A stretch of 64,000 nt of DNA from the human T2T-CHM13v2.0 reference genome, Homo sapiens: the NCBI RefSeq assembly GCF_009914755.1, contig NC_060931.1; one strand, written 5' to 3'. Positions 42,950 to 64,000 of this stretch are shown here, piece after piece. The translations under genes and the position numbers were made by a program. How positions within the stretch are numbered: position 1 is the first letter of the stretch; each line of letters starts with the position of its first letter. The notes beneath the pieces were generated by a model. It had not been told where the DNA came from. It saw only the letters and a program-made list of their open reading frames with translations, and did not search any database.

Positions 42950-43590
42950 ATGTGGAAGTACTTTATTAATTTTAAAATTTAAAATTTTGTATATATGCAA
43001 GAGATTACTGCAAGCTAAAGAAACCAAGGCCTTCAAGGTTGAAATGACTAAGCTCAAACCTAGACTAACACATGAAATTTTGAGACTTAAAGGTCCAGAG
43101 TTGAGGGGCCCCAAGAGTTCCTTCCAGAAGTCTCCCTTGGGACACCAACCACATGGATCTCAAGGGTACTACATCTGCATGCTGCCCTTTGTTGGGCAAA
43201 TCCTCCGATGAGACCACAGTGTGAAATTAGCTGGATGTGGTGGTGCATGTCTGTAGTCCCTGCTTCTTGGGAGGCTGAGGCACGAGAATTTCTTTGAACC
43301 CAGGAGGCCCAGGTTGCAGTGAGCCGTATCATGACACTGCACTCTAGCCTGGGCAACAGAGCAAGATTCTGTCTCAAAAAAAAAAACAAAAAGAAAAGAA
43401 AAGAAAAAAGAAAAGAAAGATGCCAGTTGCTGTGCCTCTCACCTGTAATCCCAGCACTTTGAGAGGCCGAGGCAGGCAGATCACTTGAGGCCAGGAGTTT
43501 GAGACCAGCCTGACCAACATGGTGAAACCCTGTCTCTCCTAAAAATACAAAAATTAGCCGGGCGTGGTGGTGAGACACCAAGTAGTCTCA

Positions 43591-45472
<1,882 letters not shown>

Positions 45473-46062
45473 TAATTGCTTTGTGTGTATTTCATTGCTC
45501 TCCAATGAAATGTACCCTCTGAAGATTGAGCTCAGTCTTCCTTCACTTTTGTCTCTTCCCTGCCCGCCTCCCAAAGAGATTGCACATGACTCTAGATTTC
45601 AAGTAGATCCTTGGTAAAGACTCACAGAATAGACTTTTCTGTAAATCTGCCAGTTGTCAACAGTGCAGTGGTAGGAAACTTTAAAAGATGGTAGGAGACT
45701 GTTCCCATCTGCTGGTAAACTTGTAGAACTACAGCTAGAAGTCCCTCTTCTTTATAGAGCTCTCAACCAGGAATTTGTCTTGCAAGCTTGGATGTCTGGA
45801 TCTCTTCCCCTAGGTACTCTGCTCTGATTCAGAGTTGAGCCTGGGCAAAGGGTGTCTGGCAGTATTTGTATTTGGTGGCATATTACACAGATGTTTCCCA
45901 AGTCTTTCATTTGTGCAAGATAGAATTAATCCCTGAGGCCTGGGTGGTGTGGCTCACATCTGTTATCCCAGCACTTTGGGAGTCTGAGTGAGCACTTTTG
46001 GGGCTCACTTGAGGCTAGAAGTTTGAGACCAGCCTGGGCAACATAAGACCTTGTCTCTATAA

Positions 46063-46335
<273 letters not shown>

Positions 46336-46388
46336 TAGGGATGAGCCACTGGGCCCGGCCCCAAAAATTTTTTTTGTAATTATAATAA

Positions 46389-46847
<459 letters not shown>

Positions 46848-47076
46848 TGAGCCACCACGCTCGGCCAATAATATTTTTTTTAACTAAAAAAATGAATTAA
46901 TCCCCAAACGCAGGAGGCTTCAGTCTGGTAGCAGAGCTAAGAACATCAATCACCATATTACAATTGTATAAAAGCGCTGTACACGGGAAACAAAAGGTGC
47001 CAGAGGCCAGAGACAGCCACTGCTGTTTGGGGACATGACAAAAATCACCGAGGCCTTCTGAAAAACGTGACCCTGA

Positions 47077-47214
<138 letters not shown>

Positions 47215-47488
47215 TAAGTAGCTGGGACTACAGGTGCTCGCTACCATACCCAGATAATTTTTGTATTTTTAGTAGAGGCAGGATTTCACCCCATCAGGCT
47301 GGTCTCGAACTCCTGACCTCAGGTGATCCCCCTGCCTTGGCCTCCCAAAGTGCTGGGATTACAGGCATGAGCCACCGTGCCTGGCCATAACCTTGACATT
47401 CTTATCAAAAGGAAGAGGCATTTTGCCCTTTTATGTCTAGTTTGGCAAGCAGAATTTTGTTTTATTTATTATTATTATTATTTTTTGA

Positions 47489-47707
<219 letters not shown>

Positions 47708-47799
47708 TGATCCGCCCTCCTCGGCCTCCCAAAGTGCTGAGATTACAGGCGTGAGCCACCACTCCTGGCCCCTTACAATTAATTATATTCTACAGCCTG

Positions 47800-48500
<701 letters not shown>

Positions 48501-48800
48501 CATCCAAGACCTGAGATAAAAAATTAAGAAGATTGGACTTTGAGCAGTAAGTGCTTCCTAAATGCCAAGTACTAACAGCCAATAGCTGTCATGAATGATT
48601 TTGTATTTTTACAATGTAAATGTAAATAAGAATCGCTTGAACCTAGGAGGCAGAGGTTGCAGTGAGCTGAGATGGTGCCACTGCACTCCAGCCTGGGCAA
48701 CAGAATGAGACTACATCTTAAAAAAAAAAAAAAACCGGGTCCGGTGGCTCATGCCTACAATCTCAGCACTTTGGTTTGGGAGGCCAAGGCGGGTGGATCA

Positions 48801-51240
<2,440 letters not shown>

Positions 51241-51280
51241 ATAGATATTAATAATTAATAACTATAAACAATAATTATAG

Positions 51281-51469
<189 letters not shown>

Positions 51470-51871
51470 TGAGTAGCTGGGACTACAGGCACCCGCCACC
51501 ACGCCCTGCTAATTTTTTGTATTTTTAGTAGAGATGGGGTTTCACTGTGTTAGCCAGGATGGTCTCAATCTCCTGACCTCATGATCCACCTGCCTCGGCC
51601 TCCCAAAGTGTTTGGATTACAGGCATGAGCCACTGTGCCCGGACTTTTTATTTTTTATTAAAAAAATATTTTTGAGACAGGGGCTTGATCTGTCACCCAG
51701 GCTGGAGTGCAGTGGTGTGATCTTGGCCCATTGCAACCTCTAACTCCTGGCCTCAAGTAATCCTCCTGCCTCAGCCTCCTGAGTAGCTGGGACCACAGGT
51801 GTGTGCCACCCCACCTGGCTAATTTTTTGTGTTTTTGTAGAGACAGGGTTTCACTGTGGTGCCCAGGTTAG

Positions 51872-52051
<180 letters not shown>

Positions 52052-52622
52052 TAAATTTTTTTGTAGTGATGGGTGCCACTATGTTGCCCAGGCTGATCTC
52101 AAACTCCTGGGCTCAAGTGATCCTCCCACCTCAGCCTCCCAGAGTGCTGGGATTACAGCCGTGAACCACTGCACCCGGCTGATTATTTTTGTAAAAAGCT
52201 TATTTAAGCTATATAGACAACGCACCCGCAGTTTGGTAGGTAGATAATATTCACATTAACTAATTAGTGTCTTGCTTTCTTAAGAGAAAGCGCTGCCAAA
52301 CACGGAGCTACTACATTTACACGGCACTGACAGGCTGTGAGGTGTTGCACAGAACTTACTTTTCCAAATAAACTAAACTTTTTTCTCTAAATAATGTTAA
52401 AAAATTCACCAAGCATTTTACCAAAGTGTATTAAAATTACCCTTGCTTTTTTTTGCACAAACAAACAAAAACCCAAGGCAGAATTCCGTATCGGGGTCTG
52501 CCCGGGGGTTGGGGACCTCCCAGGCAACCAGCCATCCATATTGAATCAATTTTCTTTCCTTAAAGAAAACTCGGGTTTTATGGACAAAAAATGTTATGAA
52601 CAAGTCAACTCTATGAACAACC

Positions 52623-52628
52623 TTTATT
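52623..52628 (-). terminator. CCL26: CCL26 polyadenylation signal AATAAA
   Basis: TTTATT on the plus strand, ~137 nt after the stop codon, followed on the minus strand by U/GU-rich sequence. Confidence 0.88.
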
Positions 52629-52764
52629 AAAGTAACTCTGGGAGGAAACACCCTCTCCTCCCCAGCGGGTCCATGTAGCCTTCAGAAAAGATTCCGCAGG
52701 CTCCCCAGAGGGCTGCAGAGCCAAGAGCGGGGTCCAAGCGTCCTCGGATGAAAATTCAGCTGAG

Positions 52765-52861
52765 TCACAATTGTTTCGGAGTTTTCAGTAAAGAAATGTA
52801 TTTTTGCACCCATTTTTTCCTTGGATGGGTACAGACTTTCTTGCCTCTTTTGGTAGTGAAT
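52765..52861 (-). CDS. CCL26: CCL26 last coding exon
   Basis: Acceptor TTTTTCACAG|A. Encodes FTTKRGKKVCTHPRKKWVQKYISLLKTPKQL-stop. 73+115+97=285 nt = 94 aa plus stop, and the phases join correctly. Confidence 0.97.
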
Positions 52862-53122
52862 CTGTGAAAAAGAGACACGGATAAGTCAATATTGAGACTC
52901 TTTGCCTCCTGGGGTGGGATAGAAAGGGAAGGAGGGGCAGCTCTCTCACTAGTCTTCTGGCCTTGCCACAAACTTGTTGCTCTCTGTCCCTGTCCCCTCT
53001 TCTCCTGGGCCTTGTCTCCCTCCTCTTTCCTATCTTGATTTCCACTGGAAACTATGCCTCCAGACCCACCTCTACCAGGTACCATTTACCGTTTTCCACC
53101 AGTTCTAGCCTGCAGCATGTAA

Positions 53123-53629
<507 letters not shown>

Positions 53630-53965
53630 TAGTAGAGACAGGGTTTCTCCACGTTGGTCAGGCTGGTCTCGAACTCCCAACCTCAGGAGATCTGCCCACC
53701 TCAGCCTCCCAAAGTGCTGGGATTACAGGCGTGAGCCACCACGCCCGGCCTATTTTATTTTTTTTGAAACAGTTTCTCTCTTGTCACCCAGGCTGGAGTG
53801 CAGTGGCGCGATCTCTACTCCTGCAAACTCCGCCTCCCGGGTTCAAGCGATTCTCCTGCCTCAGCCTCCGGAGTAACTGGGCTTACAGGCCTGCGCCACC
53901 TCACCTGGCTGATTCTTTCATTGTAATAGAACAGCTTTGTTGGGATATAATTCACACGGCACATA

Positions 53966-54143
53966 CAGTTGACTCTTGAACAACACGGATTTGAACTCTG
54001 TGGGCCCACTCATAGGCAGCCTTTTGCCAACCAAAGGAGGATAGAAAATACAAAACTCGGTGATGCAAAAGCTGCATAAATTCAGGGGAAATTGTATGCC
54101 AAAATCCTGGCACCAATCCCCTGTGGTTACTGGGGGATAACTG
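53966..54143. mobile_element. Tc1/mariner Tigger-derived MITE (MER8-like) in the long CCL26 intron, nested in an old L1 fragment
   Basis: TA|CAGTTGACTCTTGAACAACACGG ... GGGGATAACTG|TA: CAGTT/AACTG termini with a TA target duplication. Confidence 0.78.
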
Positions 54144-54581
54144 TAATTCACTCTTTTTTTTCTCTTTTGTTAGGGATGAAGTCTCTCTGTGTTACCCAGG
54201 CTGGAGTGCAGTGGTGCGATCATACCTCACTGCAGCCTTGAACTCCTGGGCTCAAGCGATCGTCTAAACCTCCCCACCATGTACAACTCCACCAATTTAA
54301 AGGCTATAATTATAATTCAATGGTTTTTAGTATAGTCATAGATTATGCAACCATCACCACAATCAATTTTAGGATATTTTCATCACCCCAGAAAGGAACC
54401 CTGCACTCAACATGTCATTTAATTGTTAGCCACATTTTCAAGGTTATTCATCATAGCTGATGATTCCTGAGCTCTTACTTCACTGTGAGTTTATTAAAAG
54501 TGGGGATTGGCTGGGTCCAGTGACTCACACTTGTAATCCCAGCATTTTGGGAGGCTGAGGCGGGCAAATCACATGAGCTCA

Positions 54582-55073
<492 letters not shown>

Positions 55074-55173
55074 CTAAAAATCAGGGAGAGGAAGGGTTTG
55101 GAGATACTCATTTCCATCCACTCCCAGGCGGTCCGGGAAGGAACCCCAGGAGGGGAATGGGCCAGCTACGTAC

Positions 55174-55246
55174 GTGTGGCAGTTCCAAGGTGGAGACTCA
55201 GGAGGGAGGCCAGGAGCACAGCAGAGGCCAAGGAGAGGCCCATCAT
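55174..55246 (-). CDS. CCL26: C-C motif chemokine 26 (eotaxin-3), first coding exon (signal peptide)
   Basis: Encodes MMGLSLASAVLLASLLSLHLGTAT plus 1 nt (73 nt). Donor C|GTACGT at 55173. Confidence 0.97.
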
Positions 55247-55300
55247 GATGCTGCAAATCAGGCCCTTCTCAGGTTTCTCCCAAACTCCTCCTGCCTGATC

Positions 55301-55344
55301 CCCTTTTATGAGACTGAGACGGCCCTGAAAACAATTCCAGAGAA
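55301..55344 (-). promoter_or_regulatory. CCL26: CCL26 proximal promoter: TATA-like CATAAAA and proximal STAT6 site
   Basis: CATAAAAGGG on the minus strand at 55310-55301. TTC-N4-GAA (TTCTCTGGAA, minus) at 55335-55344. CCL26 is an established IL-4/IL-13-STAT6 target. Confidence 0.88.
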
Positions 55345-55407
55345 TTCTGTGGTTGGGAACAGAAGCAGCACTTTTGACCCAACAAAGGAAAAGTAAACTA
55401 ATACTCA

Positions 55408-55949
<542 letters not shown>

Positions 55950-56241
55950 CTGAACTAAGTTACTTTATAGCACAATTGGTTGTTGAAGATAGGTTTCTGG
56001 CTCTTGGGCAAAGTTTTGTTTCCTTTCTAAGCATTGCTTATCTCTGTGTGGAGCTCTGGATGGTCTCAAGATGTGATCATAGAGTAGCCCAACCTCGACA
56101 ATGGATATTTAAAAACAGGGTCCAGGCAGGTGCCAGCCCATCTTCTTGGGGCCACACCTGTAGGGCCAGGGCTGGCTGGGGGCATTTGAGAGATCTAACA
56201 GATCCCAAACCTGACAGATCATCACAATCACCCGAGGCTTA

Positions 56242-56490
<249 letters not shown>

Positions 56491-56633
56491 TCAAAAAAGA
56501 AAAAAAAATAGAGATGAGGTCTCTCTATGTGGCCCAGGTTGGTCTTAAACTCTTGGCTCAAGTGACTGTCTCACCTTGGCCTTCAAAAATGTTGGGATTA
56601 CAGTGAGCCACCACGTCTGGCCATACCTGGTCA

Positions 56634-57012
<379 letters not shown>

Positions 57013-57239
57013 TCAAGGCGATCTGCTTACTCCAGCCTCCCAAAGCACTGGGATTATAGGGGAGAGCCACCACACCTGGCTTCAGCCAAATTTTTAAAAG
57101 AACTTAACAGAAGTTTGTGATAGTCAGAGCTGTTGTAGGTGGGAAGAGGATAGATGGTGAGTTGCCTGTCACTCAAACCAGGCACAACAGTCTGGATGAT
57201 CATGAGAGGGTGGTTTGTTTTTGTTTTTGTTTTTATTGA

Positions 57240-57398
<159 letters not shown>

Positions 57399-58973
57399 TA
57401 GTAGAGATGGTGTTTCACCATGTTGGTCAGTCTTGTCTCGAACTCCTGACCTCAAGTGATCCACCTGCCTCAGCCTCCCAAAGTGCTGGGATTACAGGCA
57501 TAAACCGCCATGCCCAGCTGTTTGTTTGTTTTTTTGAGACAGAGTCTTGCTCTGTCATCCAGGCTGGAGTACAGTGGCACAATCTTAGCTCACTGCAGCC
57601 TCCACCTCCTGGGTTCGAATGATTCTTCTGCCTCAGCCTCTGAGTAGCTAGGATTACAGGCATGCACCACCATGCCCGGGTAATTTTTGTATTTTTAGTA
57701 GAGACAGGGTTTCACTATGTTGCCCAGGCTGGTCTCGAATTCCTGACCTCAACTGATCTGCCCGCCTCAGCCTCCCAAAGTGCTGAAATTGCAGGTGTGA
57801 GCCACCCCACCCGGCCTATTTTTTTTAATTAAATAAAAATTAACTGAGTATGGTGGCATGTGCACCTGTAGGCCCAGCTACTCAGGAGGCCGAGGCAGGA
57901 GGGTCACTTGAGCCCAGGAGTTCAAGGCTGCAGTGAACTATGATCATGCCACTGCACTCCAGCCTAGGTGACCGAGCAAGACTCTGTCTCTTTAAAAAAA
58001 GAATTATTGGTCGGGCCCGGTGGCTCACCCCTGTAATGCCAGCACTTTGGTAGGCTGATGGGGGTGGATACCTTGAGGTCAGGAGTTCAAGATGAGTCTG
58101 GCCAACATGGTGAAACTCCGTCTCTACCAAAAATACAAAAATTAGCTGAGCATGGTGTCGCGTGTCTGTAATCCCAGCTACTTGGGAGGATGAGGCAGGA
58201 GTATTGCTTGAACCGGGAGGCAGAGGTTGCAGTGAGCTGAGATCACGCCACTGCACTCCAGCCTGGGCAACAGGGCGAGACTCCATTTCAGAAGGAAAAA
58301 AAAAAAATTCTTTTTTGACTGAAATCTATATTCCCATTTCTTCTACCTATTGACCCTGTTCTTTACAAAAATGCTTAACTTGTCTTTTATTTTGGAAGAT
58401 AAAGGAAATTGAGGCTTAGGCAGATTTGAAGATCGTTGTTTTTATTTCAGTTCCTCCAGCAGGCCCTGAGACAAGGATTCTGGTGCAAGTCCTTTATTTG
58501 GGAGGTGATTCCACGGGAGCCCCAGGAGAGGAGGGGGAAACTGAGGCAAGGAAGCAGAGGCAGCAACGCAAGGGGAGTTATTAAGCAGGGCATGGCGTGA
58601 GCAGCCAAGGAGTTCTGGGAGCCTGTGCAGGGCAGACCTCAGAGCTGGCTTAGCGGGTGGGTCAGGTACCCCCCAGTTCCCTGCTGTCACTGGTTGAGGG
58701 CTGCACCCTACACTCCTGGCTTGTGTTATGATCAAACTGAGGGTTCTCTGTGACCAGGAACAAGGCCCTCAGGAAGAGTCCCCAGGAAGTGGCCTTTGGT
58801 TTACAAAAGTGACTGCTGAAGGGATACGGGGAGTTACCTGACAGTATCCGCTGAAGCCATGATCATGTTTGCCCTGATGTTCTCTTCTTTAGACTGAACT
58901 TTCCTTTTTTTAGTTTTTTTTTTCTTTGAGACTGAGTCTCATTCTGTCACCCAGGCTGGAGTGCAGTGGCTGA

Positions 58974-59421
<448 letters not shown>

Positions 59422-59585
59422 TGAGCCACCACACCCAGCCAAAAAAATTTTTTAATTAGCTGGGGCTCGGCATGGTGGCTCACTCCTGTAATCCTAGCAC
59501 TTTGGGAGGCTGAGGCAGGAGGATCGCTTGAGGCCAGGAGGTGGAGGCTGCAGTGAGCTACGATTGCATCACTGCACTCCAAAAA

Positions 59586-59670
59586 GGAAGGAAGGAAGGA
59601 AGGAAGGAAGGAAGGAAGAAGGAAAGCAAGCAAGAAAGAAAGAAAGAAGAAGGAAAGAAAAAAAGAAAGA
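59586..59670. repeat. (GGAA)8 and degenerate GAAA purine tract
   Basis: Eight consecutive GGAA at 59586-59617, decaying into GAAA/GCAA, attached to a 3'-truncated Alu. Confidence 0.9.
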
Positions 59671-59689
59671 TAATGGCTGAGGCGTGAAC

Positions 59690-60865
<1,176 letters not shown>

Positions 60866-60957
60866 CTTTTTTTTTTTTTTGAGATGGAGTCTTACTCTGT
60901 TGCCCAGGCTGGAGTGCAGTGGCACGATCTTGGCTCATTGCAGCCTCTGCATGTTGC

Positions 60958-61799
<842 letters not shown>

Positions 61800-61956
61800 C
61801 CACCATGCCCATAAAACTAATCTTTAAAGGATGGGAGTCATGCCGGGCACGGTGGCTCATGCCTGTAATCCCAGCACTTTGGGAGGCCAAGGTGGGGGGG
61901 GCAGATCACTAGGTCAGGAGTTCAAGACCAGCCTGACCAACATGGTGAAACCCCAT

Positions 61957-62354
61957 TGTCAGGCCTCTGAGCCCAAGCTAAGCCATCATATCCCCAGTGA
62001 CCTGCACATATACATCCAGATGGCCTGAAGTAACTGAAGAATCACAAAAGAAGTGAAAATGGCCTGTTCCTGCCTTAACTGATGACATTACCTTGTGAAA
62101 TTCCTTCTCCTGGCTTATCCTGGCTCAAAAGCTCCCCCACTGAGCACCTTGTGTCCCCCACCCCTGCCCGCCAGAGAACAACCCCATTTGACTGTAATTT
62201 TCCATTACCTACCCAAATCCTATAAAACAGCCCCACCCCTATCTCCCTTCGCTGACTCTTTTCAGACTCAGCCCGCCTGCACTCAGGTGATTAAAAAGCT
62301 TTATTGCTCACACAAATCCTGTTTGGTGGTCGCTTCACACGGACGCGAGTGGAA
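61957..62354 (+). mobile_element. HERV-H 5' LTR (LTR7 family)
   Basis: Starts TGTCAGGCCTCTGAGCCCAAGCTAAGCCATCATATCCCC, the HERV-H LTR start. TATAAAA at 62221, ATTAAA at 62290. Ends ...CACACGGACGCGAGTGGAA just before the PBS. Interrupts an Alu left arm at ...GAAACCCCAT. Confidence 0.95.
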
Positions 62355-62356
62355 TT

Positions 62357-62374
62357 TGGTGCTGTGACTCGGAT
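62357..62374 (+). other. Primer-binding site complementary to tRNA-His
   Basis: TGGTGCTGTGACTCGGAT, one C>T change from the TGGTGCCGTGACTCGGAT that defines HERV-H. Confidence 0.93.
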
Positions 62375-62904
62375 CGGGGGACCTCCCTTGGGAGATAAAT
62401 CCCATGTCCTCCTGCTCTTTGCTCCGTAAGAAAGATCCACCTATGACCTCAGGTCCTCAGACTGACCAGCCCAAGGAACATCTCACCAATTTTAAATTGG
62501 GTAAGTGGCCTCTCTTTACTCTCTTCTCCAATCTCTCTCACTATCCCTCAACCTCTTTCTCCTTTCAATCTTGGCACCACCCTTCAATCTCTCTCTTCTC
62601 TTTATTTCAGTTCCTTTCCTTTTCTGGTAGAGACAAAGGAGATGCGTTTTATCCGTGGACCCAAAACTCCGGCTCCAGTCATGGACTCGGGAAGACAGTC
62701 TTCCCTTGGTGTTTAATCACGCGGGGACGCGTGCCTGATTATTCACCCACATTTCATTGTTGTCTGATCACCGCAGTGACGCCTGCCTTGGTCATTCACC
62801 CACATTCCCTTGGTGGCAAGTCAATTGCAGGGACGCCTGCTTTGGCTGCTCACCCACATTGCAGCCCAGGGCTGCTCCCCACCCCTTCTCTCTGTGTCTC
62901 TATC

Positions 62905-63395
62905 CCTTTTCCACTTTCCTGGAGGGCAAGCCCCTCCCACCCTTTCTCCACTTTCCTGGGGGGCAAGCACCCCCCTCCCCTTCTGTCCATGTCTCTACCC
63001 TCTCTTTTCTCTCCACTTTCCTAGGGGACAAGCACCTCCTACCCCTTTTCCACTTTCCTGGGGGGCAAGCACCCCCCACCCCTTCTGTCCATGTCTCTAC
63101 CCTCTCTTTTCTCCACTTTTCTGGGGGGCAAGCACCTCCCATCCCTTTTCCACTTTCCTGGGGGGCAAGCACCTCCTACCTTTTCTCCACTTTCCTGGGG
63201 GGCAAACACTTCCCACCCCTTTTTCCACTTTCCTGGGGGGCAAGCACCTCCCACCCCTTCTCCACTTTCCTGGGAGGCAAGCATTCCCCACCCCTTCTCT
63301 CCGTGTCTCTACCCTATCTTTTCTCTCCACTTTCCTGGGGCACAAGCACCCACTAACTTTTCTCTCTGTGTCTCTACCCTCTCTTTTCTCTGGGC
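62905..63395 (+). repeat. Tandem array of ten 37-64 bp units in the HERV-H leader
   Basis: Ten copies of CCACTTTCCTGGGGGGCAAGCACCYCCCACCCCTT, some extended by CTGTCCATGTCTCTACCCTCTCTTTTCT. Confidence 0.9.
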
Positions 63396-63409
63396 TTGCC
63401 TCCTTCACT

Positions 63410-63700
63410 ATGGACAACCTTCCACCCTCCATTCCTCTCTCTTCTCCCTTAGCCTGTGTTCTCAAAAACTTTTAAAACCTCTTCAACCGACACCTGACCT
63501 AAAACCTAAATGCCTTATTTTCTTCTGCAGCACCACTTGACCCCAATACAAACTCGACAGTTGTTCCAAATAGCCAGAAAAATGGCACTTTCGATTTTTC
63601 CATCCTTCAAGATCTAGATAATTCTTGTCATAACATAGGCAAACAGTCTGAGGTGCCTGACGTCCAGGCATTCTTTTACACATCAGTCCCTCGCTAGTCT
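63410..63700 (+). pseudogene. Defective HERV-H gag (matrix) N-terminus
   Basis: MDNLPPSIPLSSPLACVLKNF-stop (63475), continuing in another frame as KPLQPTPDLKPKCLIFFCSTT-stop. It has a frameshift and stops, and the Gly2 expected for myristoylation reads Asp. End coordinate is approximate. Confidence 0.8.
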
Positions 63701-64000
63701 CTGTTCCCAATGCAACTCATCCCAAATCTTGCTTCTTTCCCTCCCGCCTGTCCCCTCAGTCCCAACCCCAAGCGTCTCTGAGTCTTTCCAATCTTCCTTT
63801 TCTATGGACCCATCTGACCTCTCCCCTCCTCCACAGGCTGCTCGTTGCCAGGCCGAGCCAGGTCCCAGTTTTTCCTCAGCCTCCGCTCCCCCACCCTACA
63901 ATCCTTTTATCACCTCACCTCCTCACACCCCGTCCGGCTTACAGTTTCGTTCCATGACTAGCCCTCCCCCACCTGCCCAGCAATTTCCTCTTAAAAAGGT

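Larger units (their letters stand above)
62355..64000 (+). mobile_element. HERV-H internal region (leader, splice donor, degenerate gag); runs off the window
   Basis: C/T-rich HERV-H leader with donor G|GTAAGT at 62501, triple GACGCCTG...TCACCCAC leader repeats at ~62725-62860, and a gag remnant from 63410. Confidence 0.93.

Noticed and set aside
52862-53085. N-terminal part of the 106-aa ORF, and likewise 55247-55447
   Set aside because: These are intron or promoter read-through in frame with real CCL26 exons. The splice sites and ATG define the true limits.
62905-63395. Possible CRISPR-like repeat/spacer array
   Set aside because: The units are contiguous degenerate tandem copies with no unique spacers, inside a human endogenous retrovirus with no cas genes.
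62404-63540. 200-221 aa ORFs in the HERV-H leader, one in frame with the gag ATG
   Set aside because: They are open because the C/T-rich tandem units lack stops. The peptides are repetitive, and gag terminates after 21 codons.

Overview
Alu-saturated primate genomic DNA, not prokaryotic. The two genes recognised from their translations, HIP1 and CCL26, identify it as the human 7q11.23 HIP1-CCL26 interval. Positions 1-21883 are HIP1 intron 1. HIP1 coding exon 1 (minus strand, 21884-22003) lies in a CpG-island promoter. About 30 kb of repeat-rich intergenic DNA follows, then the complete three-exon CCL26 (eotaxin-3) CDS on the minus strand with TATA, two STAT6 sites and a poly(A) signal. The window ends in the 5' part of a HERV-H provirus (LTR7-type LTR, His-tRNA PBS, leader, dead gag) inserted into an Alu. 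Nearly all ORFs in the supplied track are Alu or low-complexity artefacts. I find no new protein-coding system. The most interesting unexplained structure is an ~850-bp inverted duplication (48910-49765 vs 60958-61799) bracketing the whole CCL26 gene. It has a nearly identical core and diverged edges, suggesting gene conversion or inversion, and its second copy sits inside a TSD-bounded chimeric Alu. Also notable are a 10-unit tandem array in the HERV-H leader and a full-length hY1 Y-RNA retropseudogene split by Alus. Repeat subfamily names and identity counts come from eye and memory, not from a search.
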